Shown in pieces: positions 26,052-38,879 of a stretch of 64,000 bases of DNA. A model generated the notes under the pieces. It did no database searches, was not told the origin of the DNA, and saw only the letters and a program-made list of their open reading frames with translations. The translations under genes and the position numbers were made by a program. Position 1 is the stretch's first letter, and each line of letters starts with the position of its first letter. This DNA comes from Octopus sinensis (taxonomy: Eukaryota): assembly GCF_006345805.1 (NCBI RefSeq), contig NC_043002.1, positions 60,760,001 to 60,824,000 on the forward strand, written 5' to 3'.

Positions 26052-27440
26052 TGATATTGGAAATTTCATTAGCATATTATATCAGCCCACTTTCCTTTGA
26101 AACGCCGATTTTTTATGCCAACACGCACGGTCTGTTTTTATGGATGCCTCAAATGTAAACGTGTATTCTGGTGGATTGAGTTTAACCTCTAACATTTGAA
26201 GGTCGCTAGCGTAGGTACCAGAACATACCGTAAGGCACTCCAGAAAGGCTAACCTATAACTGACATTAATTTATTCATGTGTCAACGTTACCGACTGGTT
26301 GCAGATCGAGTCCTAATCCTGAACAATTTCTGTTATATACAACATTGTTGCACTGACGATCTCAAGATTGCGTTTTCTATTCCTGAGCCGAGCAGTGTTT
26401 ACTTAACGTACTCAAGCCAACTCAACTACAAATAAGTTACCATGCGACAATCTGGAGTCTCATTCGGGTGAATGTATAAGCCATGATAACTTGATGGCCA
26501 GCTTTTTTATCCCTAGGACACGTGACAGCGATTGCATTTATCATGTTCGAAATTCTCAATCACCAGAGCGAAGTTCCATATCATCCATATATCTCATTTG
26601 ATTCCTTCATTAATGTATTGCTTATGCATCTATTTTGGTATTATTAAAACTGGAGACTCTAAACAGCACCTATGCATTATTTTGCTCATTTTATTATCAG
26701 TGAAAGCTGAGAAAGTAAATCAATTTGGTTTGATTTCATGATATAGATTTTTTATGAATTATACCTGGGTTGTGAATAGATGACCGAACAATTAATAAAA
26801 ATATACTAGATTTCTCAAGGAAGTAAATTCTTTTTATATTAGATATGGAAAAATGCGACAAAAATACAATAATAAATAAATACTTTCCTTATTAGCCACA
26901 AGGGCTTATATTACACAAATATGCATACACATATTTACAGAGAAATAGATGTTAAAAAGTACAACAAAACGCAGAAAAAATGCAATTTAAAGCAAGATAC
27001 AATTTAAGAAATAAAAAATGAAAGATTATTGGTTAGATTGTGCAAGGTATTTCACGACGCCGTTCATTTGAACATTTCTCAAATTATTTTGGAGTGCAAC
27101 CGAATGTAACCGTAAGCACGTTTAGAGGTATTTAACACGGAGATATTTAGGATGTCGGGAATAGATAAATCTGATTGGCTAATATTACAAAAGAGTCGTA
27201 TATTTATATTATTTCTCCAGAAAGAATGATTGTGATTGTCGTAATCGGTACAAAAAGAAAATACAACTATGTAGAAGCTAACTTTCTAATTGTGTGCTTT
27301 TGAGTTCGATTTCATGGCGTAGAATCTTGGACAAGTATTTTCTAATATAGCCCACAGTAGACGAGTGTCTTGTGGGTGATTTTGGTGGACTGCAACTGTG
27401 TGGAAACTCGATGCATGTATACATTTATATATATACATAT

Positions 27441-27721
27441 GTGGAAGCGCAATGGCCTAGTGGTTAGGGCAGCGAACTCGCGGTCATAGGATCGCGGTTT
27501 CGATTCCAGACCTAAAAACTCCACGAGGCTTCGGCAGGGGGTGGTAGCGATCCCTGCTGTACTGTTTCGCCACAAATTTCTCTCACTCTTTCTTCTGTTG
27601 GCCTGCCCGCTTAGCCAGCGGGGTGGCCTCATTTGAAGGCTAAAACAATGCGAAGCGCATTGTGACCATCGATGTGTAGCAAAATCTGATAGCCTGGTCG
27701 GTCACGGTGATCACGGTGATA
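27441..27721 (+). mobile_element. tRNA-derived SINE
   Basis: TGGCCTAGTGGTTAGGGCAG A-box, GGTTTCGATTCC B-box, (TCACGGTGA)2 tail. Confidence 0.8.
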
Positions 27722-27729
27722 TATACACA

Positions 27730-28078
27730 TATACATTATAGGGGAAGACAATTTCTTATAAATCTCCGAGCGAGAGATATACAGTAATAGTACCAAATAG
27801 TAAAGCTTATATGCCAACAGATGTGGCACCCCTATAAAGGGCGATGTTACTGTGGTTTTAGCCCCTGCAAAAGATCTTTTCCAGTTGGCCATCAACACAT
27901 AGCCTATATCCGTAGAGCATTAGCTAGGTAGGTCATCGCAGCCATTTCTATACTAACGTGATACACGCAGACTGTATGTCGAAAGCCAGTTGGAAAAGAT
28001 ATTTTCCTGGGGCTAAAATAGCAGTAACATCGTCCTTTATAGGACTGCCACATTCTGTTGGCGTATAAACTTTACTAT
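27730..28078. repeat. Fold-back of the ~355-bp family (~108-bp diverged arms)
   Basis: 27797-27905 pairs with 27968-28078; homologous to 47425-47860. Confidence 0.85.
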
Positions 28079-29054
28079 ATATACATTACACACACACATA
28101 CATATATTGATTTATATATTTACATACAAGCTTGTTGCAAGGAGGTACATTTTAACACATGGAAGATTCCTAAAGGCTTTCATATGTATCGAGTTCGTAC
28201 ATACGTACATAAATTCATACTTGCATAAATGCATATATACATATGTGTGTGTGTGTGTGTGTGTGTGTGTTTGTGTGTTTGTGTGTGTACGTACGTGTGT
28301 GCGTTTGTCTTCCCACCATTGTCAGTCTGGTTATGTCCCTGCAATTTAATGATTCTACAAAACTGATAGAATAAATACCAATCTAAGAAAATAAGTATCG
28401 GAGTTGATTTGTTTCAGAAAAAAACTTTCAGTCAATTCTCCAGAATAGCAAAAGTCTGGAGCATAGATTGAAACAATAAGAAAGAAGATAGAAAAAAAAC
28501 AGGGATGCCAACCCACAAATATCCCATCACAACCAAGATTACTAATGAGGTTTGGATGGCGGACATAATTATTCATTTAATGTCTGGCTTGACTGTTACA
28601 ATTCTATTACAAATCATGTTATTCTGCAGACTGGTCCTAAATGCAGAACAAAACCAAAGGCAACATCTACTATGAGCAAGTCAACCAATAGCGTCCGTAG
28701 AGCAATTCATTGGCAAATTATGTGATGGAGTCGAAGGAAGATTCGGTTAGGAGTAAAATATGTATTCCATATTTCTTCTAAAGTTTCCAGCCATCCTTCA
28801 GTTTTAAAATGCCTGTGGAAAATACTTGTGTGCTTAATTGTATGTGTATGTGTGTGTGAGTAGTGCGTAGGTGTGTGTGACATACATCATAGTTTACATA
28901 TACGCAAACCTGTATATGTGTATGTTTGTCTATGTGTCTGTATGTGTACGTGTGTGTGTAGATAGACAGACAGACTGACAGAGAGCAAAAAGAGAGCGAG
29001 AAGGAGAAATAGTCAGGCAGACAGAGAAATAGGTAGGTGTACAAACAGCGATAA

Positions 29055-29080
29055 ATAGATAGACAGATAGACAAACAGAC

Positions 29081-29159
<79 letters not shown>

Positions 29160-29190
29160 CAGATGGATAGATGGATAGATGGATGGATAT

Positions 29191-29255
<65 letters not shown>
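29055..29255. repeat. (GATA)n microsatellite
   Basis: Directly visible; similar runs at 31831-31925, 38788-38879 and 60075-60450. Confidence 0.97.
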
Positions 29256-30724
29256 CAAATAAAGGAAGACCGGGGCAATGAATTTTGCGGGGAAGACACC
29301 AAGGATATTAAACTTAAAAGGAAAAATGAACTTGTGACATCTCAATATAAAAGTTGTGCAAGGAATCCTTGGTGTTACCTTTTTTTATGACATTAAATAC
29401 CTCCGTTAATGAGAGAGTATAACAGAATCTATTACATTACGATGTCATCGAGAATGAACAAAAATGTCGAGGTTGATTCTTGTGAACAAAAGAATATACT
29501 GCAGAACACTAAATAGTTTAGAGAATTGAGAAAGCCGCCATTGCTGTAATTAAATCTAATTCTTTCCAATAATTTCATAAGGTGAAGAAGCTGACAGACA
29601 TGGGTGTTATAGGTCAAACACAAAGCTTATTGAATTCGTCACAAGTCTTGCTGTGAGAAGAAATTATACATATAGAGCGTCACCTACATTTAGATAACCT
29701 TCGTTGGCAGTATTCATTGATTGAAAATGTTTCCACAGAATGTTTGACAGAAATCTTCAACGCGTCTGAATATAGCGAAAGACGCAGTCACGCATGTAGC
29801 ACTTCAAAACTGAAAGAATTCTCTCCAACCGCCCGCTCCGTCCGTCGCCATCTTAATTTTGCCTTATAGACCAAGTTACATACTTGTAAAATTGCATTGT
29901 CCTTACATTTATCAGTCTCAACCTTGTTGAACTCTTTTTCCTGCCCATATTCCCTCATATACGAGTACTGACAAGGAGAAACTTCAGCTGAACTTCATCT
30001 TATCGATAATACTAATATGTTAAGCAGTGCATTAACCATAGCCGTTCGTTTTACTCTTCAGACAAATATACGGAGTGACAAAAAAACCCATCTCACCCCA
30101 TATATCCGCATCAAATCATTTAAGTAGTCAAAATGGTTGACTTCCTATAAATGTTCAAATCATTTTCACTTTGTTGGTCCATTTCTTAATCACTAAACCA
30201 AAACATAAACACGCACACACACACACACACTAACACACATGCACACTCATACGCACGCACGCACACACGCACATACACATTCATACGCACGCACACACAA
30301 ACATGTTTGTATGTATATATTCATTGCTGTAAAGGACACCATTTTTCCGTTATGCAAGCATGATATATTACAAAATATATTAAATGTTTATAAGTCCATG
30401 TTATGCCTCACATGTGTTTGCAGTGCTATTAAATCCCTTTTTAAAATCATCTCTGCAGTCACAGTATTGACTTATAAAAATTTAGAATACTAAGCACCAT
30501 ATTACGGTTGTATAACGAATTGCAGTGTCCATACAAGAAGTTGATAAGTGCCTACCAATAGTCTTACACTGTTTTACTTGGTAGCTATTTAAGCAATATG
30601 TTTGTGGTTAGTTAAGGGTTAGTTAAGGGTTAGATGTACATATGCGCACTGCCTGTATTTCTATTATATACATACATTCATACATACATACATACACACA
30701 TACATACATACATACATACATACA

Positions 30725-30783
<59 letters not shown>

Positions 30784-30890
30784 AGTAACAAAAGGGAAAG
30801 ACCAGTTCTATATTTAAGAGATGAGGAATTAGGTATATTATTTACCTTATTTACACTTGACAGATAATTGTCCTCATCTTGTTTGTTGTT

Positions 30891-30936
30891 AACAGAACCT
30901 TTCGGCTGATATACCCTCCAGCCTTCATCAGGTGTC
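30891..30936 (-). ncRNA. Degenerate minimal hammerhead downstream of a PLE RT remnant
   Basis: Minus strand: gacac-CTGATGA-a-ggctg(gagggtatat)cagcc-GAAA-gg-TT-ctgtt. Core and helix II are intact; helices I and III carry mismatches. Confidence 0.65.
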
Positions 30937-30940
30937 TTGG

Positions 30941-31010
30941 GGCATATGGCGTAGTGGTTAAGAGCACGGGCTACTAACCCCAAGATTCCGAATTCGATTT
31001 AGAGCAGTGA

Positions 31011-31050
<40 letters not shown>

Positions 31051-31066
31051 TAATAATAATAATAAC
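30941..31066 (+). mobile_element. Short tRNA-derived SINE with (AAT)n tail
   Basis: TGGCGTAGTGGTTAAGAGCAC A-box, AATTCGATT degenerate B-box, (AAT)n tail. Confidence 0.75.
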
Positions 31067-31074
31067 ATTAAAAG

Positions 31075-31800
31075 GATTGTGAGTTGATATATACAGTAGT
31101 GTTTTGAGATTAGGTGTGGTGTTAGGTTTTGTTACCCTTATTCTTTCAATATTTACTTTATTAGCACGCTTAATTCCATAGTCTATGAGGGTGGATCCTG
31201 TCTTTCAGTTTGTATGGTTCTGGGGTCTCGAAGACGTATGTCCCGAGTATTTCTATCAGACACCATTGTGCAAATCATTTTTGTTAATTTAAAGGAGATA
31301 TTTCTTTGGATGTGTTTCGGGTGGCATGCACTAAACAGGGGATATTGCTTCGAGTCCGTTGGTTCATAAAACATGTCAGTTATAATTTGGTTGTAAACAT
31401 GTTATCATGATATCGAAGAAAGGGAACGGTTCTTTGCTATGTTCTTTTGTAAATTGAATATTAGGGTTTATATTATTTAGTATTGATTTAAACTCCAAAA
31501 GTCTATCAATATTCTACTTCCAAATGATAAAGGATTCATCCAGGTATCTTTTCTAGTTCTCTCCCATATAATGGTGAAATGGATATCAATATTTTTGCAG
31601 CGGCACTTTATATATGATAAATTCAAAATATCCCACCATTACGTTTGCAAGAAAAGGGGCCACTTTTCTTTCCATCATAATTCCGCATTTTTGACGATAG
31701 TATGTGTCATCAAATAGGAAATAAATTGTTCTGAATTATAAATTTTTAAATTTCAATAATAAAAACTTGGCTTCTGTTGTCCAAAATTTATTCGGGGAAA
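31075..31800 (-). pseudogene. Penelope-like element reverse transcriptase remnant
   Basis: FDDTYYRQKCGI..VAPFLANVMVGY, KRYLDESFIIW, and the PLE C-terminal domain FYEPTDSKQYPLFSACHPKHIQRNISF..ICTMVSD. Confidence 0.88.
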
Positions 31801-31830
31801 TTATATATGTATATATATATATATATATAT

Positions 31831-31925
<95 letters not shown>

Positions 31926-32183
31926 TGTATATGGATACATGCATTATACACGTGTGTGTGTGTTAATGAATATAAGTATATAATGAGTATATAAGATCCG
32001 GGCAGCATATGTTTCATAGCGAGCGGAGTCTCGGAAGTGGTAAGTATCCAAGCGCCCTGTATACCGCAGGCTAAGGGTATCTTGATAAAATGGAATTTTA
32101 CATTGTTGCAAGGAGGTACATTTTAACACATGGAAGATTCCTAAAGGCTTTCATATGTATCGAGTTTCGTTAATAAACACACA

Positions 32184-32224
<41 letters not shown>

Positions 32225-32259
32225 TTATGTGTGTGTGTTAACGAAATTCGATACATGTA

Positions 32260-33542
32260 CGAGGGGCGTTCAATAAGTAATGCCCCTGACCCACTTCCCA
32301 TAGCAGTAGAGCAACGAAACTTGGCACAGTTATTAGTCTTTTTCTACATTGGAACCACCCAGAGTTACGCATTTCTCCCATCGTTTGATGCGGCTCTGGA
32401 CACCGTTTTTGTAGAAGAACCCAGCTTGGTTCTCCAATCTGAACGGGACTTCAGAAATCAAGGCTGCATCATCTGGGAAACGCTTTCCTTTCAAAAACAA
32501 CTTCATGATTGGGAAGAGGTTAATATCAGAGGGTCAGGAAAGTATGGGGGATGGGGAGGAGTTCATAGCCATACGCCTGTGCTTCTGATCTGGCGACAAG
32601 CGAGTTGTGGACCGGAGCGTTGTCCTGCAGGAGGAGGATGCCTTTGCTGATCTTGCCCCGCCTCTTGATTTTGATAACTTCTCTTAATTTCCTCAAAAGT
32701 GAAGCATAATAGGCTCCTGCAATTGTGGTACCCTTTGCCAGGAAATCTGTCATCACTACTCCGTCCTGGTCCCAGAAGACTGTGAGCATGACCTTGCCAG
32801 CGGAGGGCTGTACCCTTGCCTTCTTTGGAGGGGTGAGTCACGGTGCTTCCACTGCATTGACTGGGCTTTGATCTCTGGATCATCGTGATGGACCCAGGTT
32901 TCATCCTGTGTAATCAGTCTTTTGAAAAAATTTGACTCATCTTCTTGGCACATCTCCAAATTCACCCTCGAGCACTCGACGCGTTCTTGCTTCTGGAAAG
33001 GCGTGAGCAACCTGGGAATCCATCTCGCAGACACCTTTTGCATATGCAAATGGTCATGAATGATAGTTTCCACAGACCCGGTACTAATCTTGACCTCATG
33101 GGCTATTTGGCGAATAATTATGCGTCGATCTTCCAAAATGGCAGCCTCAACTTGACGGACAGATGCCTCATCAATGACAGAAGGGGGCGACCAGATCTGG
33201 GAGCTGTTTCCACAGAGTTCCGACCATATTTGAATTCACGATGCCAGCGTTTTACAAGGTCATATGATGAGGCATCATCACCATAAGTTACTTTCATTTC
33301 ATCAAAAGTCTCCCGTGGTGTGCGTCCTTTCAAATACAAAAACCTGATCACTGCTCGACACTCAACAGGCTCCATTTCACACTTGACTCGGTTCAAACAC
33401 CTGTAAATCAGAGACCACAATTAATTCAGAGCTGTAATTTGCCACTTACTCTATAGAGATAGGAATGATTGCACATGCAAAATTTCAGCTAGATGAAACA
33501 GCTGCAAGTGGGTCAAAGGCATTACTTATTGAACGTCCCTCG
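32260..33542 (-). mobile_element. Mariner DNA transposon, full length, copy 2 (same family as 2612-3895)
   Basis: TIRs CGAGGGGCGTTCAATAAGTAATGCC..., TA flanks at 32258-32259 and 33543-33544; colinear with copy 1. Confidence 0.96.
32333..33375 (-). pseudogene. Mariner transposase pseudogene (frameshifted)
   Basis: MEPVECRAVIRFL, WIPRLL, ITQDETWVHH, LLQDNAPVH spread over several frames. Confidence 0.93.
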
Positions 33543-33584
33543 TATAGGGAGGCTTTTCGAAAAATTAATTCAACCTTCAAACAG

Positions 33585-35485
33585 TGGTTTCAGATTTTGG
33601 CATAAGACCAGCAACCTCGGAGTGCGAGGGAGTCGATTACATCGAACCCAGTGATCGACTGGTACTTATTTTATCGAATCAGAAATGATGAAAGACAAAG
33701 TCGATATCGGCAGAATTTGAACTCGATACCTAAAAGCTGCAGAAATGCCTCTAATCATTTTGCCCAACGTGTTAATGATTCTGCCAGCTCGTTGCCTCTT
33801 TCAACCATGAAATATTAACGGTCCGCATTACAATTATTTCTATTAAAGGTACAAGGCCTGAAATTTGTGGGGAGAGTACAGGTCAATTACATCGACCCGT
33901 GTTTCACGGGTACTTAATTTATCGACCCCGAAAGGATGAAAAATAAATTCGAGAATTGGCAGGATGTGAACTCAGTATGTAGCGGTCGGCGAAATATCTA
34001 TTTCTTTGCTACCCACAAGGGGCTAGACACAGAAAGGACAAACAAGGACAAACAACGGATTAAGTCGATTATATCAACCCCAGTGCGTAACTGGTACTTA
34101 TTTAATCGAAACCGAAAAGAAGAAAGGCAAAGTCGACCTCGGCGGAATTTGAACTCAGAACGTAGCGGCCGGCGAAATACCTATTTCTTTACTACCCACA
34201 AGGGGCTAAACACAGAGAGGACAAACAAGGACAGACAAATGGATTAAGTCGATTATATCGACACCAGTGCGTAACTGGTACTTATTTAATCGACCCCGAA
34301 AGGATGAAAGGCAAAGTCGACCTCGGCGGAATTTGAACTCAGAACGTAGCGGCAGCCTTATGTTCCGTATGAAAACGTAATCGTATCTGTAACGTTATTA
34401 ATTCATAAATGAACAAATGACAGCACACTGTGAGGCACTTAGCCAGTTTGGTAGTTTACTTGTAATTAAGCACCAGTTGCGCACTGGGATCGATATAATC
34501 GACTGGTCCCTCCCACCAAAAGTCGGGTCTTGTGCCTAGAGTTGAAAAACAAATATTTGATAGTTTACGCATTTGTATTATAATTGTTTATATAATTGTT
34601 TATGCATTTGTACGTCGTTTATTTTATACTCTGAGTATTTAGGTTGCCATAATCAGCTCTGATATATTAAGAAAACGATTTTCTTATGAAAAGACACAGT
34701 CCAATATAAAATCACACCAGTATTGCCTTCACAAAACTGGCAGTTTAGTGGTTTTGTCATAATCCTTTCTTCTACAGGTACAGGGCCTGGAATTTGAGGG
34801 GACATAGCTAGTCGATTACATCGACCCTAGTGCTCCACCAGTGCTTACTTGATAGACAATAGAAGAATAAAAATGTCGACCCCAGCATTGTTTGAACTAA
34901 GAACTAAAGAACGGATGCATTTTGCCCGGCGTGCTAACGATTCTGCCATCTCACCGCCTCTTAGTTTTATTATAAAGGTTTCAAGTTTGGCACGAGGCCA
35001 CAAATATCGGGGCAAGTGCTAAGTCCGTTACATCAACCCCACTGCTCGACTGCTACTTATTCTATTGACCCCTCGAAAGAATGAAAGGCAAAGTTTGAAC
35101 TGTCGTGAGGCATTTTTTCCGGCGTGTTAACGGTTCTGCCAGCTCACCGCCTTATTTTGCTTTCGTTACAATCAGAACGAAATAGTAGGGAAATGACAAA
35201 ACCATCACGGGCCAGTAACAACAAAATTTGATGTCATAAAAATTCTAACGCTACGCAAGCAATAATTGTTTCGAAGTTTAGAACAGAACCAATAATTTTA
35301 GTACGTTGGGTAATCGGTTACATCGGTGCCAGTACATGATGCGTCCGCTACTTTACCGACCACTGAAGAATGAATAGCAAAGTGAAACTCGGTGGTATTT
35401 GATCTCAGGGTATAAAAAGCTGGAAGAAATGTCGGTAAGCAACTATTCCGAGACGCTAATGAGTCTGTTAACTCACCGTCTTGTT
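33585..35485 (-). mobile_element. SINE family B cluster including a head-truncated trimer (33835-34356)
   Basis: Repeated CTGGTACTTA..TATCGACCCCGAAAGGATGAAAGGCAAAGTCGAC bodies with a 183-bp period; older diverged monomers on both sides. Confidence 0.8.
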
Positions 35486-35575
35486 TCCTAATATCAATAA
35501 TAATATACAAATATGCATTTATATCTATATAACACAGACATAGTCACCATGATACAAATGCCTCAAATATAAATA

Positions 35576-35620
<45 letters not shown>

Positions 35621-35724
35621 GTTATCGCCATACTAATATGGTAGTCTATAAATATAAGACTAAAGCTGTCGCTGATTAGCTCCAAGAGGATGTCATATAT
35701 ATATAACATTTTATAATATATATG

Positions 35725-35772
<48 letters not shown>

Positions 35773-35798
35773 ATATATGCATACATAGTGTGCGCATG

Positions 35799-35830
<32 letters not shown>

Positions 35831-35847
35831 GTGCGTGTATATATATA

Positions 35848-35924
<77 letters not shown>

Positions 35925-36824
35925 GTGCGTGTGTGTGTACAAACATACATATATATATATATATGTACGCACATACACAAAAACATACACACATATGCAG
36001 ACATACATACATACATAAATTCGAGTATGTTTCTGTATGTGTGCGCGTGTATGAGTTTATAATTGTATAAGCTTGAGAAAAAGAGAGACAGATAGACAGA
36101 CACACTGACAGACAGATCAACACAAATTATATGCCTATAATTTCGTACGTATTTGGAAGTACATATATATATACTATAAAAGTGTGCAACGAAAATTCTT
36201 AAAAAGCTAATTTCTTTCGACACTGCACAATTTTTGCAATCTTCACTGCACTTAACTACAGAGATTATATTTACGTTCCATTAGTCTCTGCTCTTTACTC
36301 TAGTATTTTGCCAACGGCGTTAAAGTAGTATTAAGTCATATACGAGACTTAACCCTAGATTTATACCAGATCTTAGTTCTAAATAGCTTGTTGCATATTC
36401 TTTATTCTGTAGTGACCATCAAGTCTATAAATACGTGTGCTACGTTAAGTAAGTCACAAGTTAAATATTTATTTTAAGTTTAAAGCCGCTCGACAAAATA
36501 TTGTTAACCCTCATATGATGGTTGTTGAAGAGCTTCTGGTTTGGGGGTACACAAGTGATCAAAGCATCTTATTTGCGATATCTGGACTGGGCATTGCGTG
36601 GTTTTCCTGAAGCGCATTCAAGGTTTTTTAGTCGAAGGAATCAGCCCAAGTGCTTATATTAGAAAAAAAGCCTGATACTTATTCTATCGATTCCATTGGT
36701 CAACCTACTAAGAGGAGGGAACGTAAACAAATCAACACTGGGTGTTATGCGTTGAGGGGGTCAAACATCAAATACATATGTTAATAGTGAATGAACATGT
36801 ATACATCAAATACGCGCTCCCACA

Positions 36825-36979
36825 TATATATATATATATTTATTTATTCATTTATATATATATACATATATATTTATTATATATATATACATATATATAT
36901 ATAAATATATATAATATATATATATATAATATATATATATATATAAATATATATATAAATATATATATAAATATATATA

Positions 36980-37054
<75 letters not shown>
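36825..37054. repeat. (TA)n microsatellite
   Basis: Directly visible; comparable tracts at 9555-9692, 35700-35925, 41011-41250, 42055-42260 and 63765-63975. Confidence 0.95.
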
Positions 37055-37057
<3 letters not shown>

Positions 37058-37065
37058 GTGCATTT

Positions 37066-38010
37066 ATGCATCCGAACGCTCGGGAAGAGAAAAAGTCTTT
37101 AACATTTCGAGCCTAGGCTCTTCCACAGAAAAGAACACGGAAAAACAAGGAGAGATAATAAACAACGTGTAGTGGCTAGCGATCTTGCATACCGAATGCC
37201 GGACAGACGGGTCACACAAGAGACCTAGGATAGAATGGGCAGATAATAAAGTAGTGGTAATCCCAAAACGAAGCTGCTCGTGCGTGTGTATAAGAGAGTA
37301 TGTACGTGCATATGGCAGAGGGCTGGTGATCTTGATGTGTGTGTGTCTGTGTGTGTAGGTGTCTTGATGATGGTGTGGGGCTGGGAAGTGGTCAGTGCTA
37401 GTGTGTGCGTGGTGGTGTGATATGATGTGGTGTTGTGTGGTATGGTGGTGCATAGTGTAGTGGTGTGTGATTTGGTGAGATGGTATTAGGAGGTGGGGAG
37501 GTGAGAGTGGGGATGGCAAACGTGGGGAGTTTGTTAGACTGAGGGTGGGAGTAGAAGTGAGGTATGTGGGTAAGCAAAGGGTGGGGGTAGAGGTGGAGTA
37601 TGTCTGAGAGGGCGTAAGGGATGGATTGGGTTGTTATTGGAAGGATAGGGAAGGTGGGATTGGAATGTATAAGGGTGGGATGGGGTTACGAGGGAGGGGT
37701 GACGATGAAGGGGATGGAGAAGGTGGGTAGGAGTGAAGAGAAGAGAGAAAGAGACTAGGAATGAAGAGAATAGAAGTCGGAGCAAGAGAGGAGTGGTGGG
37801 TGGAAGAAAGTAGGTGTGAGGGAGAGAGGTGATGGGAGGTGGTTAGATGAAGATGGGAGGAGAGTTGAGCCCGTGTGGCACAAAGGAGCGAAGAGAGAAG
37901 ATTAATCTCTGTTCACGGCTCAAACGGGAGTCCGGATGGCCCCTGTACAAGGACAGTCTGGACACGGACAGGTGTTGCAAAGAGTGACCGTAGAGCGGAA
38001 ATGTCTCTAT
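37066..38010 (-). mobile_element. Penelope-like element 3' end: GIY-YIG C-terminus, low-complexity 3' UTR, terminal hammerhead-like motif
   Basis: Minus strand 38008-37862 reads RHFRST..HSLQHLSVS..DSRLSREQRLIFSLRSFVPHGLN, typical of the end of a PLE endonuclease. A C-rich UTR follows, then the HHR-like motif at 37096-37134. Confidence 0.82.
37096..37134 (-). ncRNA. Minimal hammerhead-like motif (no A6)
   Basis: Minus strand: tctttt-CTGTGGA-a-gagc(ctag)gctc-GAAA-tg-TT-aaaga. Confidence 0.6.
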
Positions 38011-38011
38011 C

Positions 38012-38775
38012 TAGTATGCTCCAGATATTTTCAACTGGGTTCATGTCAGGAGATTGCCTCGGCCAAGGAAGCTTTTTGATTCCATTTTCAGTCAGCCATT
38101 GTTGATTCCTTTTCGCTGTGTGGCATGGAGCTCCATCTTCTATTAATAAAACTCATATTTCGTTATGTTATCGTGTGAATACATCGGAAGTAGTCCTTGC
38201 TTAAGTATTTCGTTGTATTTTTCACAGTTTATGGTTCCAACACATTCGATCAGCTCAGAACGACAATTGCTGGTGACAGCTCCCCATACTATTCTAGCTG
38301 CTCGTCAATAATATCCAAGCTTAAGCAGATATGTAACACACGTATTGGATAAACTTCTTGCTGTTTTGCAATGTGAGAAGCCTTCGAACGGGGCTCGTTT
38401 TCCACAATTCTCTTCAAACAGCGAAACTTCCTTTCTGAGGTCGGCCGGAACGAGAATCTGTTGATTCTTTTCCTTGGTTTTTGAATTGCACTATAATTCT
38501 ATTTACAGTAGCAAGAGAAATTTGAAGATTTTCAGCAATTTTTCGCTCGCTAAAACCAGCTTCAAATTGCCCAACAATACGACCTCTTTAAACATATGAC
38601 AGTTCTGCTGAATTGTTTGTACGTGGCATGGTTACTCTTCCAAATGCTTAATATAATGTCACCTGGAACGAAAGATATTAATGACACAGTAAATTCTACT
38701 CCGATGAAAGCATATTATGATTAGATCAGAAATTTCGAAAATTAAAGCTGTCTAATTACTTCCTGCATGTCTGTG
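38012..38775 (-). mobile_element. Tc1-like (DD34E) transposon remnant, internally deleted and 3'-truncated
   Basis: ATG at 38629, MPR...[21 protein letters not shown]; EDGAPCHTAK...WPRQSPDMNPVENIW at about 38015-38140; probable 5' end TA-CACAGACATGCAGGAAGTAATTAGACA. Confidence 0.88.
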
Positions 38776-38790
38776 TATAGCTATACGATG

Positions 38791-38879
<89 letters not shown>

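Noticed and set aside
27441-27512. tRNA gene candidates here and at 7464 and 30941
   Set aside because: A and B boxes are present but there is no complete acceptor stem, and each continues into a SINE body or tail.
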